Notes: generated by a model not told the origin, from the letters alone. A DNA stretch of 64,000 nt from an uncultured Rikenellaceae bacterium (GCA_964568875.1 CAZMSH010000004.1:6816-70815); one strand, 5' to 3'. Positions 17,841 through 28,097 are shown, numbered from the stretch's first letter. Made by a program: numbers and translations.

Positions 17841-19397
17841 ATGGCCTCCAGGATCAACCTGACTCTATCACCGGAAGCTGCTGCCGACCATAATGAGATA
17901 ATAAGGAAGGCTGCCAGAATGCTTCGATGCAGTCCCGCAGACATTACAGGCGTTACAATAATCCGGAAATCGATCGATGCCCGTAAGCCCGCTATTGTCT
18001 TTAATGTTGAAGCAGAGGTGTTTACAGGCGACGAAACACCGCCTTCAGAAATCATCAGTTTTCAGGAACGCGACGTTTCTAACGCTAAAGAGATATTGAT
18101 TGCAGGCAGCGGGCCGGCAGGTCTTTTTGCGGCACTGACCCTGATCGGGCACGGTCTCAGGCCGGTGGTTATCGAACGAGGCAGGGATGTTTCATCGAGA
18201 AAAAGGGACATTGCAATGATCAGCCGTCAGCATGTGGTTGACAACGACAGCAACTACTGCTTTGGCGAAGGCGGTGCCGGCACCTACAGCGACGGGAAGC
18301 TATACACCAGGTCGAAGAAAAGAGGAGAAAACAGGAAGGTGCTGGAGTTACTTCATTTTTTCGGGGCTGATGAGAACATACTGTATGAGGCTCATCCGCA
18401 CATTGGCACAGACCGCTTGCCGTCTATAATAAGGAATATAAGGGAAAAGATAATTGAATGCGGCGGGCAGGTACTGCTGAATACCAGGATAACCGGACTG
18501 CTGCTTAATGGAAGAAGATTTGCTGGTGTTGAGGCAGGTGGGCAGACGTTTATGTCTGACACACTGATACTTGCAACGGGTCATTCGGCGCGCGATATTT
18601 ACGCCCTACTCGGGCAGCATTTTGCAGCAATGGAGTTTAAGCCTTTTGCGATGGGAGTGAGGGTAGAGCACCCGCAGGAACTGATTGACCGTATTCAGTA
18701 TCATGGGAAGAGCCGTGGCAGCTGGCTGCCTCCGGCATCGTATACTCTTTCGCGCCAGGTTGAGGGCCGCGGGGTATTCAGCTTCTGCATGTGTCCCGGC
18801 GGTTTTATTGTACCTTCAGCCACCTCCGGCGATGAGGTTGTGGTCAACGGAATGTCGCCGGCCCGGCGCAATTCAGTCTGGGCAAACTCGGGAATAGTTA
18901 CCGAGATCAGGGGTGGTGATGTTTCAGCATATGGACGATACGGTCCGATGGCCGGACTAAAGTTTCAGCAGCATCTTGAAAAGCTTGCATGGGAACATGG
19001 AGGCCGAAGACAGACGGCACCCGCGCAGAGGCTTACCGATTTTATTGCCGGACGCCCGTCAGCCACGCTGCCCCGGTCTTCATATTCACCAGGTATTGTC
19101 AGCTCTCCGCTTCATGAATGGCTGCCGGAGCCGCTGCTGGGTGCGTTGAAGGAGGGCTTCAGGGCCTTCGGCCGCATGATGAAGGGTTATGTCACCGAAG
19201 AGGCTGTTCTGGTTGGCGTTGAGTCGCGGTCATCATCACCGTTGAGAATACCCCGTGACCCCGCAACACTGCAGCATACAGATATTGAAGGCCTCTATCC
19301 GTGCGGTGAAGGCTCTGGTTACGCCGGAGGCATAGTCTCCTCGGCCATCGACGGAATGAGGGTGGCTGAGGTGTTATCAGGAAAGTTTTCTGGTTAA
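17841..19397 (+). CDS. NAD(P)/FAD-dependent oxidoreductase (COG2509-like)
   Basis: 518 aa. Dinucleotide-binding motif GSGPAGLFAA, a GGAGTYSDGKL motif, and C-terminal CGEGSGYAGGI. Confidence 0.8.
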   Translation: MASRINLTLSPEAAADHNEIIRKAARMLRCSPADITGVTIIRKSIDARKPAIVFNVEAEVFTGDETPPSEIISFQERDVSNAKEILIAGSGPAGLFAALTLIGHGLRPVVIERGRDVSSRKRDIAMISRQHVVDNDSNYCFGEGGAGTYSDGKLYTRSKKRGENRKVLELLHFFGADENILYEAHPHIGTDRLPSIIRNIREKIIECGGQVLLNTRITGLLLNGRRFAGVEAGGQTFMSDTLILATGHSARDIYALLGQHFAAMEFKPFAMGVRVEHPQELIDRIQYHGKSRGSWLPPASYTLSRQVEGRGVFSFCMCPGGFIVPSATSGDEVVVNGMSPARRNSVWANSGIVTEIRGGDVSAYGRYGPMAGLKFQQHLEKLAWEHGGRRQTAPAQRLTDFIAGRPSATLPRSSYSPGIVSSPLHEWLPEPLLGALKEGFRAFGRMMKGYVTEEAVLVGVESRSSSPLRIPRDPATLQHTDIEGLYPCGEGSGYAGGIVSSAIDGMRVAEVLSGKFSG

Positions 19398-20147
19398 TTC
19401 TGAAAGCACAATCGTTACCGACATGGCCACGTTAAGCGAATCGATTCCCCGGGTGATGTTTTTCCCCCGCGGTATGGTAATCCTCTCCGTCACATACTCG
19501 TCAAGGAACCCCGAGATGCCCTTTGACTCATTTCCGAAGAGAATTATCCCCCTTTCAGGAGGATTATGCCTGTAAATACTGTTACCATCAGGATACGTGC
19601 CGAAAACCGGCAGGTTGCTCTCCTTTGCCGTTCCCAGAAATGATGCCAGGTCGGTATAGATAACCCTTACCCACATGAGCCCACCCATGGATGCCTGTAC
19701 TACCTTGGGATTAAAACAGTCGACACTGTCGGCTGAACATATAATATATTGTATACCAAACCAGGCGGCTGCCCTGATTATGGTCCCAAGGTTGCCGGGG
19801 TCCTGTACAGATTCCAGCGCAATGACATAGCCTGTTGTAATCTCGTCTGGCTGCGGCTCTTCATTGACGATCCGCACCAGCGCCAGGGCGTTGTGAGGGG
19901 TGGTCATGGAACTTATCTTCCTTATCTCATCATATGAAACAGGCACCGTCTCCCTTACGCGACTGAAGAAACCCTGTTTTTGCGAGGCTATCCACTCTCT
20001 TTTCGCATAAACGGTATCCACAGGCATTCCTGCAGCGATATAGTCTCTGACCATCTTATCTCCTTCAATAACGTAGAGACCGTGTTCCTCCCTGAACTTC
20101 TTTTTCTGCAGGGAGATAATAAATGAGGCACGGGCTTTGCTTAACAT
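19377..20147 (-). CDS. TrmH/SpoU family RNA 2'-O-methyltransferase
   Basis: The ATG at 20147 gives MLSKARASFIISLQKKKFREEHGLYVIEGDK. SpoU motifs DPGNLGTIIR and LFGNESKG are present. The ORF-track start at 20294 is an extension. Confidence 0.8.
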   Translation of the reverse strand: MLSKARASFIISLQKKKFREEHGLYVIEGDKMVRDYIAAGMPVDTVYAKREWIASQKQGFFSRVRETVPVSYDEIRKISSMTTPHNALALVRIVNEEPQPDEITTGYVIALESVQDPGNLGTIIRAAAWFGIQYIICSADSVDCFNPKVVQASMGGLMWVRVIYTDLASFLGTAKESNLPVFGTYPDGNSIYRHNPPERGIILFGNESKGISGFLDEYVTERITIPRGKNITRGIDSLNVAMSVTIVLSELTRKLS

Positions 20148-20178
20148 TGGCGACAACTCAATTATTAATATATTTGCG

Positions 20179-22542
20179 ATGATCAATTTATCAGGGCAAA
20201 TTTTGGAATATTTTGTTTCAAATAAAAATAAAAAGAGTTCAGGGTGGCTGCTTTTAATTTCCCTGGTACTGCTGGCCTCCTGTAATCCGACCAAATATGT
20301 TCCTCAGGGAGAGTCACTACTTGACAGAAACTATATTGAGATTAATGGTGACGAAGTAACACAGGGGGAACTCAAACCATTTCTCAGACAGCAACCCAAC
20401 AAGAGAATTTTCGGTTCCCGCTTTCACCTGGGCCTCTACAACTGGTCTGACCTTGACAAGGAGCGCTGGCCTCATGGCTGGCTAAGAAATATAGGCGAGG
20501 AACCGGTGATATTTGATCCATATGCAGCCTACAGGTCGAAGGAACAGCTGTTGCTTTACCTGAGGTCGAAGGGTTATTTCGATGCTGTCGTGATGGAGAC
20601 CATCGAGACTGCAAAAAAGAGGTCAAAGGTATTCTATGAGATAGATACCTCTGATCCATATACGATACGGAACCTGAATTATGAGGTTGAGGATTCGGCT
20701 TTGCTTGCCATAATAGAGTTTGACGCCCAAAACTGTTTGATAAAAAAGGGTGGGAGATACGACTTTGACGATCTGGCAGCAGAACGGTCACGAATTGAAA
20801 GGCTGATAAGAGACCACGGTTATTATGCTTTCAGCAGTGATTTCATTCATTTTCGCGTCAACGATACAATAGGTAATAATCTTGTTGATATAACCTATTT
20901 CGTCAGGGGGGCTAAATCCGCAGGCAGATTGGCGGAACCGGAAGTAGTAATACCTCACTCGAAGTATAACGTGCGTAACGTCTATGTATATCCTGAGTTT
21001 GATCCCGGGGAGGCTATGTCAGCCGGTGACAGGTATTTCAGTTCACTTGATACAGTGCTGCATGAAGGCTATTACTTCATTACCCCGACAGGAAAGCCCA
21101 GGATAAGGTTTGACCTGCTTGAGCAGAACCTTCTTATTAATCCGGGATTGCCATTCAATGTTACGCGTACAGAAAGAACACACAGACAGCTTGCAGCCTT
21201 GAAAACTTACAGGCTTGTGAACATAAATTATCGCGAACCGCCACGCCAGGCTTCAGATGAGTCGCCTGTGAAAAGTATTGATGCAGTAATTCAGCTTACA
21301 CCATTTAATCAGCAATCATTCACATATCTTATTGAAGGCACCAACTCTGCCGGCAACCTGGGTGCCGCAATGAATTTTATTTACCAGCACAAGAACCTCT
21401 TTCACGGTGCGCAGCAGTTCAACCTGAAGCTCAAGGGGGCTTACGAGACACTCTCGGAAGAGGTTACCGGATTCAGGAGTACCCAGGAACTCGGAGTAGA
21501 GGCCGGCCTGCTATTCCCGGAATTCCTGTTTCCGTTTATAAGAAGGGAGAAATTTATCAGCAGATATAATCCCAGGAGCTATCTGCAGCTCGCTTACAAT
21601 TTTCAGAAGATACCTGTGTATACCCGTACGGTGGTCAATGCCACATTTGGTTACACCTGGGACCAGGGGAGCTACAGAAATCATATGCTGTATCCGCTGC
21701 AGATGAACCTTGTGAAGCTACCCTATATCGATCCCGACTTTGCAATGAGAATAGACACTTCATCGTACCTGTCATTTAGCTATAAGGATGTGCTGATAAT
21801 GGGAGGTAGTTACACCTATACCTATAACGACCAGGTAATACAGCGATCACGCGACCATATTTTCTTTAAGTTCAATATCGAGATGGCAGGCAATCTGGCT
21901 GCATTGGGCAGCAGACTCGCCGGAGCAGAAAAGAGTGATGACAGCTATACCCTTTTCGGACAGCAGTTTGCACAGTATATAAGATCGGATGTTGACATGC
22001 GGTATAACCTCATAATCAATGAGGTCAGTTCAGTCGTATTCCGTGGCTTTATTGGAGCAGGCGTACCTTACGGCAACTCCAAAGCACTGCCTTTTGAAAA
22101 GCAGTATTTCGGAGGAGGCGCAAACGGAGTGCGGGGATGGCAGGTAAGGTCGCTCGGACCGGGTTCATTTATCAATGATATACCATCATTCATCAACCAG
22201 ACAGCTGATATGAAAATGGAGTTGAATGCAGAGTACAGGTTCAAGCTGTTCTGGATACTCGAGGGGGCCGTCTTTATGGATGCAGGGAATATATGGACAA
22301 TAAATGATGATCCCGACCGGCCCGGGGCTGTCTTTAAATTCAATAAGTTCTACGACGATATGGCTGTAAGTACAGGTTTCGGGATGCGGTTTGATCTTAA
22401 TTTTGTGCTTCTGCGTACCGATATCGGAATTAAGCTCAGAGACCCCGCCATCCAGGACAGACCCAAATGGATCAGAATGAGGAGGCCATATAACATGCAG
22501 GATGATTTTACATTCATGGTTGGTATTGGATACCCGTTCTGA
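20179..22542 (+). CDS. BamA/TamA family outer-membrane protein (POTRA + surface-antigen barrel), lipobox at N-terminus
   Basis: About 787 aa from the ATG at 20179. LLASC lipobox, and a C-terminal beta-barrel ending in GIGYPF. Confidence 0.72.
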   Translation: MINLSGQILEYFVSNKNKKSSGWLLLISLVLLASCNPTKYVPQGESLLDRNYIEINGDEVTQGELKPFLRQQPNKRIFGSRFHLGLYNWSDLDKERWPHGWLRNIGEEPVIFDPYAAYRSKEQLLLYLRSKGYFDAVVMETIETAKKRSKVFYEIDTSDPYTIRNLNYEVEDSALLAIIEFDAQNCLIKKGGRYDFDDLAAERSRIERLIRDHGYYAFSSDFIHFRVNDTIGNNLVDITYFVRGAKSAGRLAEPEVVIPHSKYNVRNVYVYPEFDPGEAMSAGDRYFSSLDTVLHEGYYFITPTGKPRIRFDLLEQNLLINPGLPFNVTRTERTHRQLAALKTYRLVNINYREPPRQASDESPVKSIDAVIQLTPFNQQSFTYLIEGTNSAGNLGAAMNFIYQHKNLFHGAQQFNLKLKGAYETLSEEVTGFRSTQELGVEAGLLFPEFLFPFIRREKFISRYNPRSYLQLAYNFQKIPVYTRTVVNATFGYTWDQGSYRNHMLYPLQMNLVKLPYIDPDFAMRIDTSSYLSFSYKDVLIMGGSYTYTYNDQVIQRSRDHIFFKFNIEMAGNLAALGSRLAGAEKSDDSYTLFGQQFAQYIRSDVDMRYNLIINEVSSVVFRGFIGAGVPYGNSKALPFEKQYFGGGANGVRGWQVRSLGPGSFINDIPSFINQTADMKMELNAEYRFKLFWILEGAVFMDAGNIWTINDDPDRPGAVFKFNKFYDDMAVSTGFGMRFDLNFVLLRTDIGIKLRDPAIQDRPKWIRMRRPYNMQDDFTFMVGIGYPF

Positions 22543-22740
22543 AAATATCCTCTTTACCTGTTATGTTTTATAATAGGAAAAAATATTTTATCCTTATTGT
22601 GTTGATCGTCAGTGGTATAGTTGTGAGTGCTCTTCATGTGTGATTGACCGGTATTGCAGGTAACAACTATTTTCACAAATTTTGGCTTCCCTTTTCCCCT
22701 TTAGGATCAGGGAATCAACAACAACCTAAAAAAAATCGAT

Positions 22741-24105
22741 ATGGCCGGTATTGACAATCAGGAGAGAGATACATTCTCGGGCAAACTTGGAATTATTGCT
22801 GCTGCAGTAGGTTCAGCGGTGGGTTTGGGTAACATCTGGAGGTTTCCGTATGTCACAGGTGAGAATGGAGGAGGTGCATTTCTGCTCATATATTTGTTGT
22901 TTATACTGGCTATCGGCTTTCCGGTTATGCTTGCCGAATTGTCAATAGGAAGAAGAGCACAGCGTAACGCTCTCGGTTCTTTCAGGAAGCTGGCTCCCGG
23001 CAAGCCCTGGTACCTGGTGGGTGTCATGGGCATTGTCGCTGCGTTTCTTATTCTGGCCTTCTACAGCACAGTTGCCGGATGGACCCTGGAATACCTTGTC
23101 CAATCGCTGGGAAATAGTTTCGCAGGCAAGAATGCAGGTGAGCTGTCGGAAAACTTTGAAACCTTTCATTCCGGAACGTTCAGACCCCTGTTGTGGCAGA
23201 TGATATTCATGTTCCTGACGGCATTCATAATCTTTTCAGGAGTTAAAAAGGGTATTGAGAAGTACACCAAGATACTGATGCCTTTGCTTGTAGTATTAAT
23301 ACTGGCTGTGAGTATCAGGTCGCTTACCCTTCCGGGTTCAGGCGAAGGTCTTAAGTTCCTGTTCAGCCCCGACTTCTCGAAAATAACCTGGAACTCGGTG
23401 CTTATGGCTCTGGGTCAGGCGGCTTTCTCTCTGAGCATAGGAATGGGAACGCTGATAACTTACGGTTCATATGTAAGGAAGGATAACCACCTTCCGGGTA
23501 TTGCGTTTCAGGTTTCCCTGTCAGATACGGCAATAGCTATTCTTGCAGGTGTGATGATATTTCCTGCAGTTTTTGCCTATGGAATTGATCCGGCTTCGGG
23601 CCCGGGACTGGTGTTTGTGGTTCTTCCCAATATATTTGCGCAGATGCCGGGAGGCCACATCTTTTCAATATTTTTCTTCCTGTTGCTTGCTATTGCGGCG
23701 CTAACATCAACAGTATCAGTGCTTGAGGTGGTAGTGGCATATTTCTGTGAGGAACTGAAAATGACACGTGCAAAGTCAACTATCCTGGCTGCAACAGCCA
23801 TATCGGTGGTAGGCGTCTTCGCAACTCTTTCATTCGGTCCGCTGAAAGGAGCAACGATTGCAGGAAAGACATTTTTTGACTGGTTTGAATATCTTACAGC
23901 TAACATAATGCTTCCACTGGGAGCCATATTTATCGTGCTATTCGTAGGCTGGTATCTTGGCAGAAAGGCTTTCAGCGATGAAATTACCAGTGGAGGGCAA
24001 TACAAGATTGCAATTACCGGATTGCTGATGTTTGTGCTTAAGTTTCTGGCCCCAATGGCAATTGCAATGGTATTCATCTACGGCCTCCTCGGTGGTAGCT
24101 TATAA
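22741..24105 (+). CDS. sodium-dependent transporter, neurotransmitter:sodium symporter (SNF/NSS) family
   Basis: 454 aa and about 12 TM helices. GLGNIWRFPY signature. Confidence 0.9.
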   Translation: MAGIDNQERDTFSGKLGIIAAAVGSAVGLGNIWRFPYVTGENGGGAFLLIYLLFILAIGFPVMLAELSIGRRAQRNALGSFRKLAPGKPWYLVGVMGIVAAFLILAFYSTVAGWTLEYLVQSLGNSFAGKNAGELSENFETFHSGTFRPLLWQMIFMFLTAFIIFSGVKKGIEKYTKILMPLLVVLILAVSIRSLTLPGSGEGLKFLFSPDFSKITWNSVLMALGQAAFSLSIGMGTLITYGSYVRKDNHLPGIAFQVSLSDTAIAILAGVMIFPAVFAYGIDPASGPGLVFVVLPNIFAQMPGGHIFSIFFFLLLAIAALTSTVSVLEVVVAYFCEELKMTRAKSTILAATAISVVGVFATLSFGPLKGATIAGKTFFDWFEYLTANIMLPLGAIFIVLFVGWYLGRKAFSDEITSGGQYKIAITGLLMFVLKFLAPMAIAMVFIYGLLGGSL

Positions 24106-24114
24106 TAATACCGG

Positions 24115-25575
24115 TTGGGGGAAGTAAGTAAAATAGATGCGGCCTTCGGGCCAGTGGTAGAATTCCTTGAGAAGATTTTTTTCTGGGATCCTGTGGCCGC
24201 AGCAGGCTTCGACATAGGAGCCAGGGTACCCATAGTGGTTTTGTGGCTGATTCTTGGCGGTATATATTTTACCATACGAATGAGGTTTGTCAACATACGT
24301 ATGTTCGGACATTCATTCGGACTGATCACAGGACGATACGACAAAAAGAGTGACAAGGGCGAGGTTAGCCATTTTCAGGCTCTTGCAACAGCCCTTTCAG
24401 CGACGGTAGGATTAGGGAATATTGCAGGTGTTGCAATCGCAATTACCGTCGGGGGTCCCGGCGCAACCTTCTGGATGATCCTGGCGGGTTTTCTGGGAAT
24501 GTCAATGAAGTTTACCGAATGTACCCTGGGCCTTAAATACAGGAATATTGATGAGAACGGCAGGGTCTCGGGCGGACCTATGTATTACCTCAGCAAGGGA
24601 TTGAAAAAGAGAAACCTGGGGATGCTTGGCAGGGTTCTGGCTGTTTTCAGCGCCGTGATGATGGTGCTGGCAAGTTTCGGCGGCAGCAATATGTTCCAGG
24701 CGAACCAGTCATTCGCACAATTCAGGCTTATATTTCCAGGTATGGAGAATTACGGTTTCTGGTTCGGTATATGTCTGGCAGCAATCATCGGTATAGTTGT
24801 ATACGGGGGAATAAAGAGCATTGCCAGGGTAGCAGCCAGGCTGGTTCCGTTTATGGCATTTTTATATGTCGGGGCAGCCCTCGTAATAATATTGATGAAC
24901 TTTGACAGAATAGGAGAGGTATTCCTTATTATTATTAAAGGTGCTTTCAGTCCCGTTGCAGTTAAGGGTGGTATAATAGGGGTGCTGATTACGGGATTTC
25001 AGAGGGGCGCTTTCTCGAATGAGGCTGGCGTAGGATCAGCAGCGGTAGCTCATGCTGCAGCCAGAACAGACATACCTGTTAAGGAAGGCATCGTCGCCCT
25101 TGCAGAGCCATTCATCGATACAGTTGTAATATGTACCATGACTGCCATGGTGATTATATTTACAGGGTTTGGCGATAATCCTGATAACCTTGAGGGAGCG
25201 CAGCTTACCTCTTCAGCTTTTGCAACCGTATTCCCCTGGTTTCCCTACCTCCTTGTTATCTCGATACTCTGTTTTGCATTTTCAACTATGATTTCATGGT
25301 CGTACTATGGTCTGAACGGATTCAGGTATCTTTTTGAAAAACCTGTGAGAAAGCTTGGCCTTCCTGTAAGGACACTTTTCATAGTCTACTATTTGATATT
25401 CCTGACATTTACGGTAATAGGGGCCTCGTCAGGCCTCAATAATGTAATCGCCTTTTCAGATATGATGGTTCTTACCATGGCATTCCCAAATATTATTGGC
25501 CTGGTAATCATGGCTCCGGAGGTATATGCCGATTTACAGGAGTATCTGGCGGCATACAGGAATAAGAGTAAATAA
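24115..25575 (+). CDS. alanine/glycine:cation symporter (AGCS) family transporter
   Basis: 486 aa. VGLGNIAGVAxAIxxGGPGAxFWM and FSNEAGxGSA motifs. The TTG start is uncertain. Lies 9 nt after the SNF gene, so a likely operon. Confidence 0.85.
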   Translation: MGEVSKIDAAFGPVVEFLEKIFFWDPVAAAGFDIGARVPIVVLWLILGGIYFTIRMRFVNIRMFGHSFGLITGRYDKKSDKGEVSHFQALATALSATVGLGNIAGVAIAITVGGPGATFWMILAGFLGMSMKFTECTLGLKYRNIDENGRVSGGPMYYLSKGLKKRNLGMLGRVLAVFSAVMMVLASFGGSNMFQANQSFAQFRLIFPGMENYGFWFGICLAAIIGIVVYGGIKSIARVAARLVPFMAFLYVGAALVIILMNFDRIGEVFLIIIKGAFSPVAVKGGIIGVLITGFQRGAFSNEAGVGSAAVAHAAARTDIPVKEGIVALAEPFIDTVVICTMTAMVIIFTGFGDNPDNLEGAQLTSSAFATVFPWFPYLLVISILCFAFSTMISWSYYGLNGFRYLFEKPVRKLGLPVRTLFIVYYLIFLTFTVIGASSGLNNVIAFSDMMVLTMAFPNIIGLVIMAPEVYADLQEYLAAYRNKSK

Positions 25576-25587
25576 ACTTAGGGTATG

Positions 25588-25712
25588 CCGAACCGAGTCC
25601 GGCGTCAGCCGGGCGAGGTTGCGACCGAATAGGAGCACACCCGGTACCTGATGCCCGGCACCAGGTACCTGATACCCGGCACCCGGTACCTGATACCCGA
25701 TACCCGATACCA
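25588..25712 (-). repeat. intergenic heptamer-flanked repeat element, copy C (inverted, longest array)
   Basis: The reverse complement reads a TCGGGTA/TCAGGTA/CCGGGTG heptamer array, then TGCTCCTATTCGGTCGCAACCTCGCCCGGCTGACGCCGGACTCGG. It is colinear with copy A. Confidence 0.8.
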
Positions 25713-25756
25713 TTTATTTTCTTATATTGCAGTGTCTCAAAAAATAGTTCGCTGCA

Positions 25757-26401
25757 ATGGAAAAGTGGAAAAAGCCGTTAAAGGAGTGGTTTGGATTCAA
25801 TCGTCGTGAGAGGTCTGCCACGTCATTACTTCTTCTGATCATTACTATCATGCTTTTGATGAGGTATTTACTGCCCGACAGACGGGCGGATATTGAAATA
25901 AGCCTGCTCAACACAGAAATGTTACCCGCTGATACTGTTGTGACAGAAAACCAGGAAAAGGTTACGAATGTAAGACCGGCGAATTACGGCAGAGCAGCCG
26001 TAATGCCCGTAATCAATCTGAATATGTGCGACTCCGCCGATCTTGAGCGTCTTCCCGGCATAGGTCCTGTCCTCTCTTCCAGGATTGTAAGGTATGGCAA
26101 TCTGCTTGGCGGGTATGCTGACGTAAGGCAGCTTTATGAGGTATACGGCCTGCAGCCGTCAGTGATTGAGCGTATTTCTTCGATGGTAAGGGCTGACACA
26201 TCAAGATTGCGGAAGTTATCTGTCAACAGTGACAGTTTTTCTGTTCTGCTGAGACACCCTTATCTTGGTCCTGACCATGTTAAAGCAATAGTAAGGTACA
26301 GGGAGCGGCAGGGGTATATCTCCGACTGGTCGGTGATGAAAGAGAATGGTATGGTTCCCCGGGAGAAGGAGGAGTTTTTAAGACACTATATATTATTTTG
26401 A
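25757..26401 (+). CDS. ComEA-like helix-hairpin-helix DNA-binding protein
   Basis: 214 aa. N-terminal membrane anchor and two HhH units (DLERLPGIGPVLSSRIVRYG). Confidence 0.6.
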   Translation: MEKWKKPLKEWFGFNRRERSATSLLLLIITIMLLMRYLLPDRRADIEISLLNTEMLPADTVVTENQEKVTNVRPANYGRAAVMPVINLNMCDSADLERLPGIGPVLSSRIVRYGNLLGGYADVRQLYEVYGLQPSVIERISSMVRADTSRLRKLSVNSDSFSVLLRHPYLGPDHVKAIVRYRERQGYISDWSVMKENGMVPREKEEFLRHYILF

Positions 26402-26564
26402 TTGATTTTATTTGTTTCGATCGCCATATTTTGCTAATTTTAAAAGGTGGTTGAAATTAAAAAAAGAGCAGATATGTGAATGAATTGAATTTGGGAAGAG
26501 CCATGGCCGGCAGAAATTAATGATCAAAAGTTTTGAAATCATTAATTCTATTTCTAACTTTGCG

Positions 26565-26572
26565 GCTCGATT
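26565..26572 (+). promoter_or_regulatory. Bacteroidota -7 promoter box TAACTTTG
   Basis: TAnnTTTG match 24 nt upstream of the rpsU ATG at 26596. Confidence 0.45.
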
Positions 26573-26595
26573 TTAAAAAACAGTATAGAACAGAT

Positions 26596-26787
26596 ATGAT
26601 AATCGTACCGTTAAAAGAGGGTGAAAACCTTGAGAGGGCTTTAAAAAAGTTTAAGAGGAAGTTTGAAAAGACAGGCGTAATTCGTGAACTGCGTTCGCGT
26701 CAGTCTTTTACCAAGCCTTCTATCAGCCGCAGGGAGGAGATAAAGAAAGCTATTTACATTCAGAAGCTTCAGGAGAAGGAAGACTAA
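26596..26787 (+). CDS. rpsU: 30S ribosomal protein S21
   Basis: 63 aa from the internal ATG: MIIVPLKEGENLERALKKFKRKFEKTGV... Confidence 0.9.
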   Translation: MIIVPLKEGENLERALKKFKRKFEKTGVIRELRSRQSFTKPSISRREEIKKAIYIQKLQEKED

Positions 26788-26836
26788 ATTTTCCTTAACT
26801 CCCTCTATTTCGAAAATTGCATACGGGGGTTCCTTT

Positions 26837-27718
26837 ATGAGCAGTAAGGAATCATTTCTTCAGTATTTATCAGGTGAGAAACGCTACTCGCGTCATACGG
26901 TTCGTTCGTATGGTGACGATCTAAGTCAGTTTATTCTTTTCTGTGAGGCCGGGGGCACTGAGTTTGAATCGGGTGATATTAAAGGCCAGCACATAAGGAG
27001 ATGGATTGTCAGTTTGCTTGACAGCGGGGTTTCGGCGTCAAGCGTTCACAGGAAGATATCCTCATTAAGATCTTTTTTCAGGTACCTGCGCAAGGAAGGC
27101 AAAATTAGTACCGATCCTCTTGAGAGGGTTGTTTTGCCGAAGAAGAAGAAGCAGTTACCGGAATTTATCGCTGAACAATCGCTCGACACTCTTCTTGACA
27201 GTTTTGAGTTTGGTTCTGATTTCAGTGGCCGTCGCAATAAAACCGCAATAGAGATGTTGTACCTGACGGGTATGCGCCGTAGTGAGCTTACGGGATTACG
27301 TATTCAGGACTATGATGAAGCAAGGGGAACGATCAGGGTTCACGGAAAACGTAATAAGCAGCGACTTATACCCCTGCTTGATTCATTCAGGTCAGATCTG
27401 AATCTCTATCTTGAGCAGCGCAGGGAGGTTGAATCTGTTGGCGACTGGCTTTTTGTTACTGACAAGGGTAACAAACTGTATGATAAATTTGTTTATAATA
27501 TAGTCAGAAAATATCTTGCTATGGTAACCACGGTCGAAAAGAGGAGTCCGCACGTATTAAGACACAGCTTTGCAACACATATGCTGAATCACGGGGCAGA
27601 CCTCAGTTCGATCAAGGAGTTGCTTGGTCATGCCAATCTTTCAGCGACACAGGTCTATACCCACAATACATTTGAGAAATTAAAGAAAGTATATAAACAG
27701 GCTCATCCAAGAGCGTAA
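26837..27718 (+). CDS. tyrosine recombinase, XerC/XerD family
   Basis: 293 aa. The catalytic residues are present in context (ARGTIRVHGKRNKQR, HVLRHSFATH, LLGHANLSATQVYTH). Confidence 0.85.
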   Translation: MSSKESFLQYLSGEKRYSRHTVRSYGDDLSQFILFCEAGGTEFESGDIKGQHIRRWIVSLLDSGVSASSVHRKISSLRSFFRYLRKEGKISTDPLERVVLPKKKKQLPEFIAEQSLDTLLDSFEFGSDFSGRRNKTAIEMLYLTGMRRSELTGLRIQDYDEARGTIRVHGKRNKQRLIPLLDSFRSDLNLYLEQRREVESVGDWLFVTDKGNKLYDKFVYNIVRKYLAMVTTVEKRSPHVLRHSFATHMLNHGADLSSIKELLGHANLSATQVYTHNTFEKLKKVYKQAHPRA

Positions 27719-27742
27719 TATTTAAAAGAAGGAGGTAGCAGT

Positions 27743-28042
27743 ATGAACATCCAGATTCATTCAGTAAGGTTTGATGCAGACAAGAAGCTAATCGATTTTG
27801 TCCATCAGAAGCTCGGCAAACTCAACCAGGTGAGTGATGATATCGTCAGTGCAGAGGTATATCTGCGTCTTGACAAGGATCAGGATCGTGAGAACAAGAT
27901 TACAGAGATCAAGCTTGAGTATCCCGGGGGACCTCTGTTTGCAAGAAAGCAGAGCAAGACATTTGAGGAGGCTACCGACTCCGTTGTTGATGCACTTAAA
28001 AGACAGATTAACAAACAGAAACATAAGCTTAAAGGGATTTGA
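27743..28042 (+). CDS. hpf: ribosome hibernation promoting factor (short HPF/RaiA)
   Basis: 99 aa with sigma-54-modulation/S30EA family features (MNIQIHSVRFDADKKLIDFV...). Confidence 0.85.
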   Translation: MNIQIHSVRFDADKKLIDFVHQKLGKLNQVSDDIVSAEVYLRLDKDQDRENKITEIKLEYPGGPLFARKQSKTFEEATDSVVDALKRQINKQKHKLKGI

Positions 28043-28097
28043 TCTTTATTGTGAAAAAATAAATAATTCTATTTTTTGTTTTTGAATATTAATTTAA

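Noticed and set aside
17415-18055. Minus-strand ORFs of 140 aa and 77 aa.
   Set aside because: They are antisense to the PorT-like and FAD-oxidoreductase genes, and their composition is typical of shadow ORFs.
22543-22740. A possible glycine riboswitch upstream of the SNF and alanine/glycine symporter genes.
   Set aside because: I looked for the conserved glycine-aptamer elements (GGAGAG ... CACCGAAGGGGCAA-type core) and found none. The 198-nt spacer is AT-rich without obvious paired aptamers.
26837-27718. A tyrosine recombinase next to a tRNA cluster, as a possible marker of an integrated mobile element.
   Set aside because: It is flanked by rpsU and hpf in what I recall as a conserved Bacteroidota housekeeping arrangement. 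No direct repeat of a tRNA 3' end and no cargo genes follow. The tRNAs lead straight into tuf.
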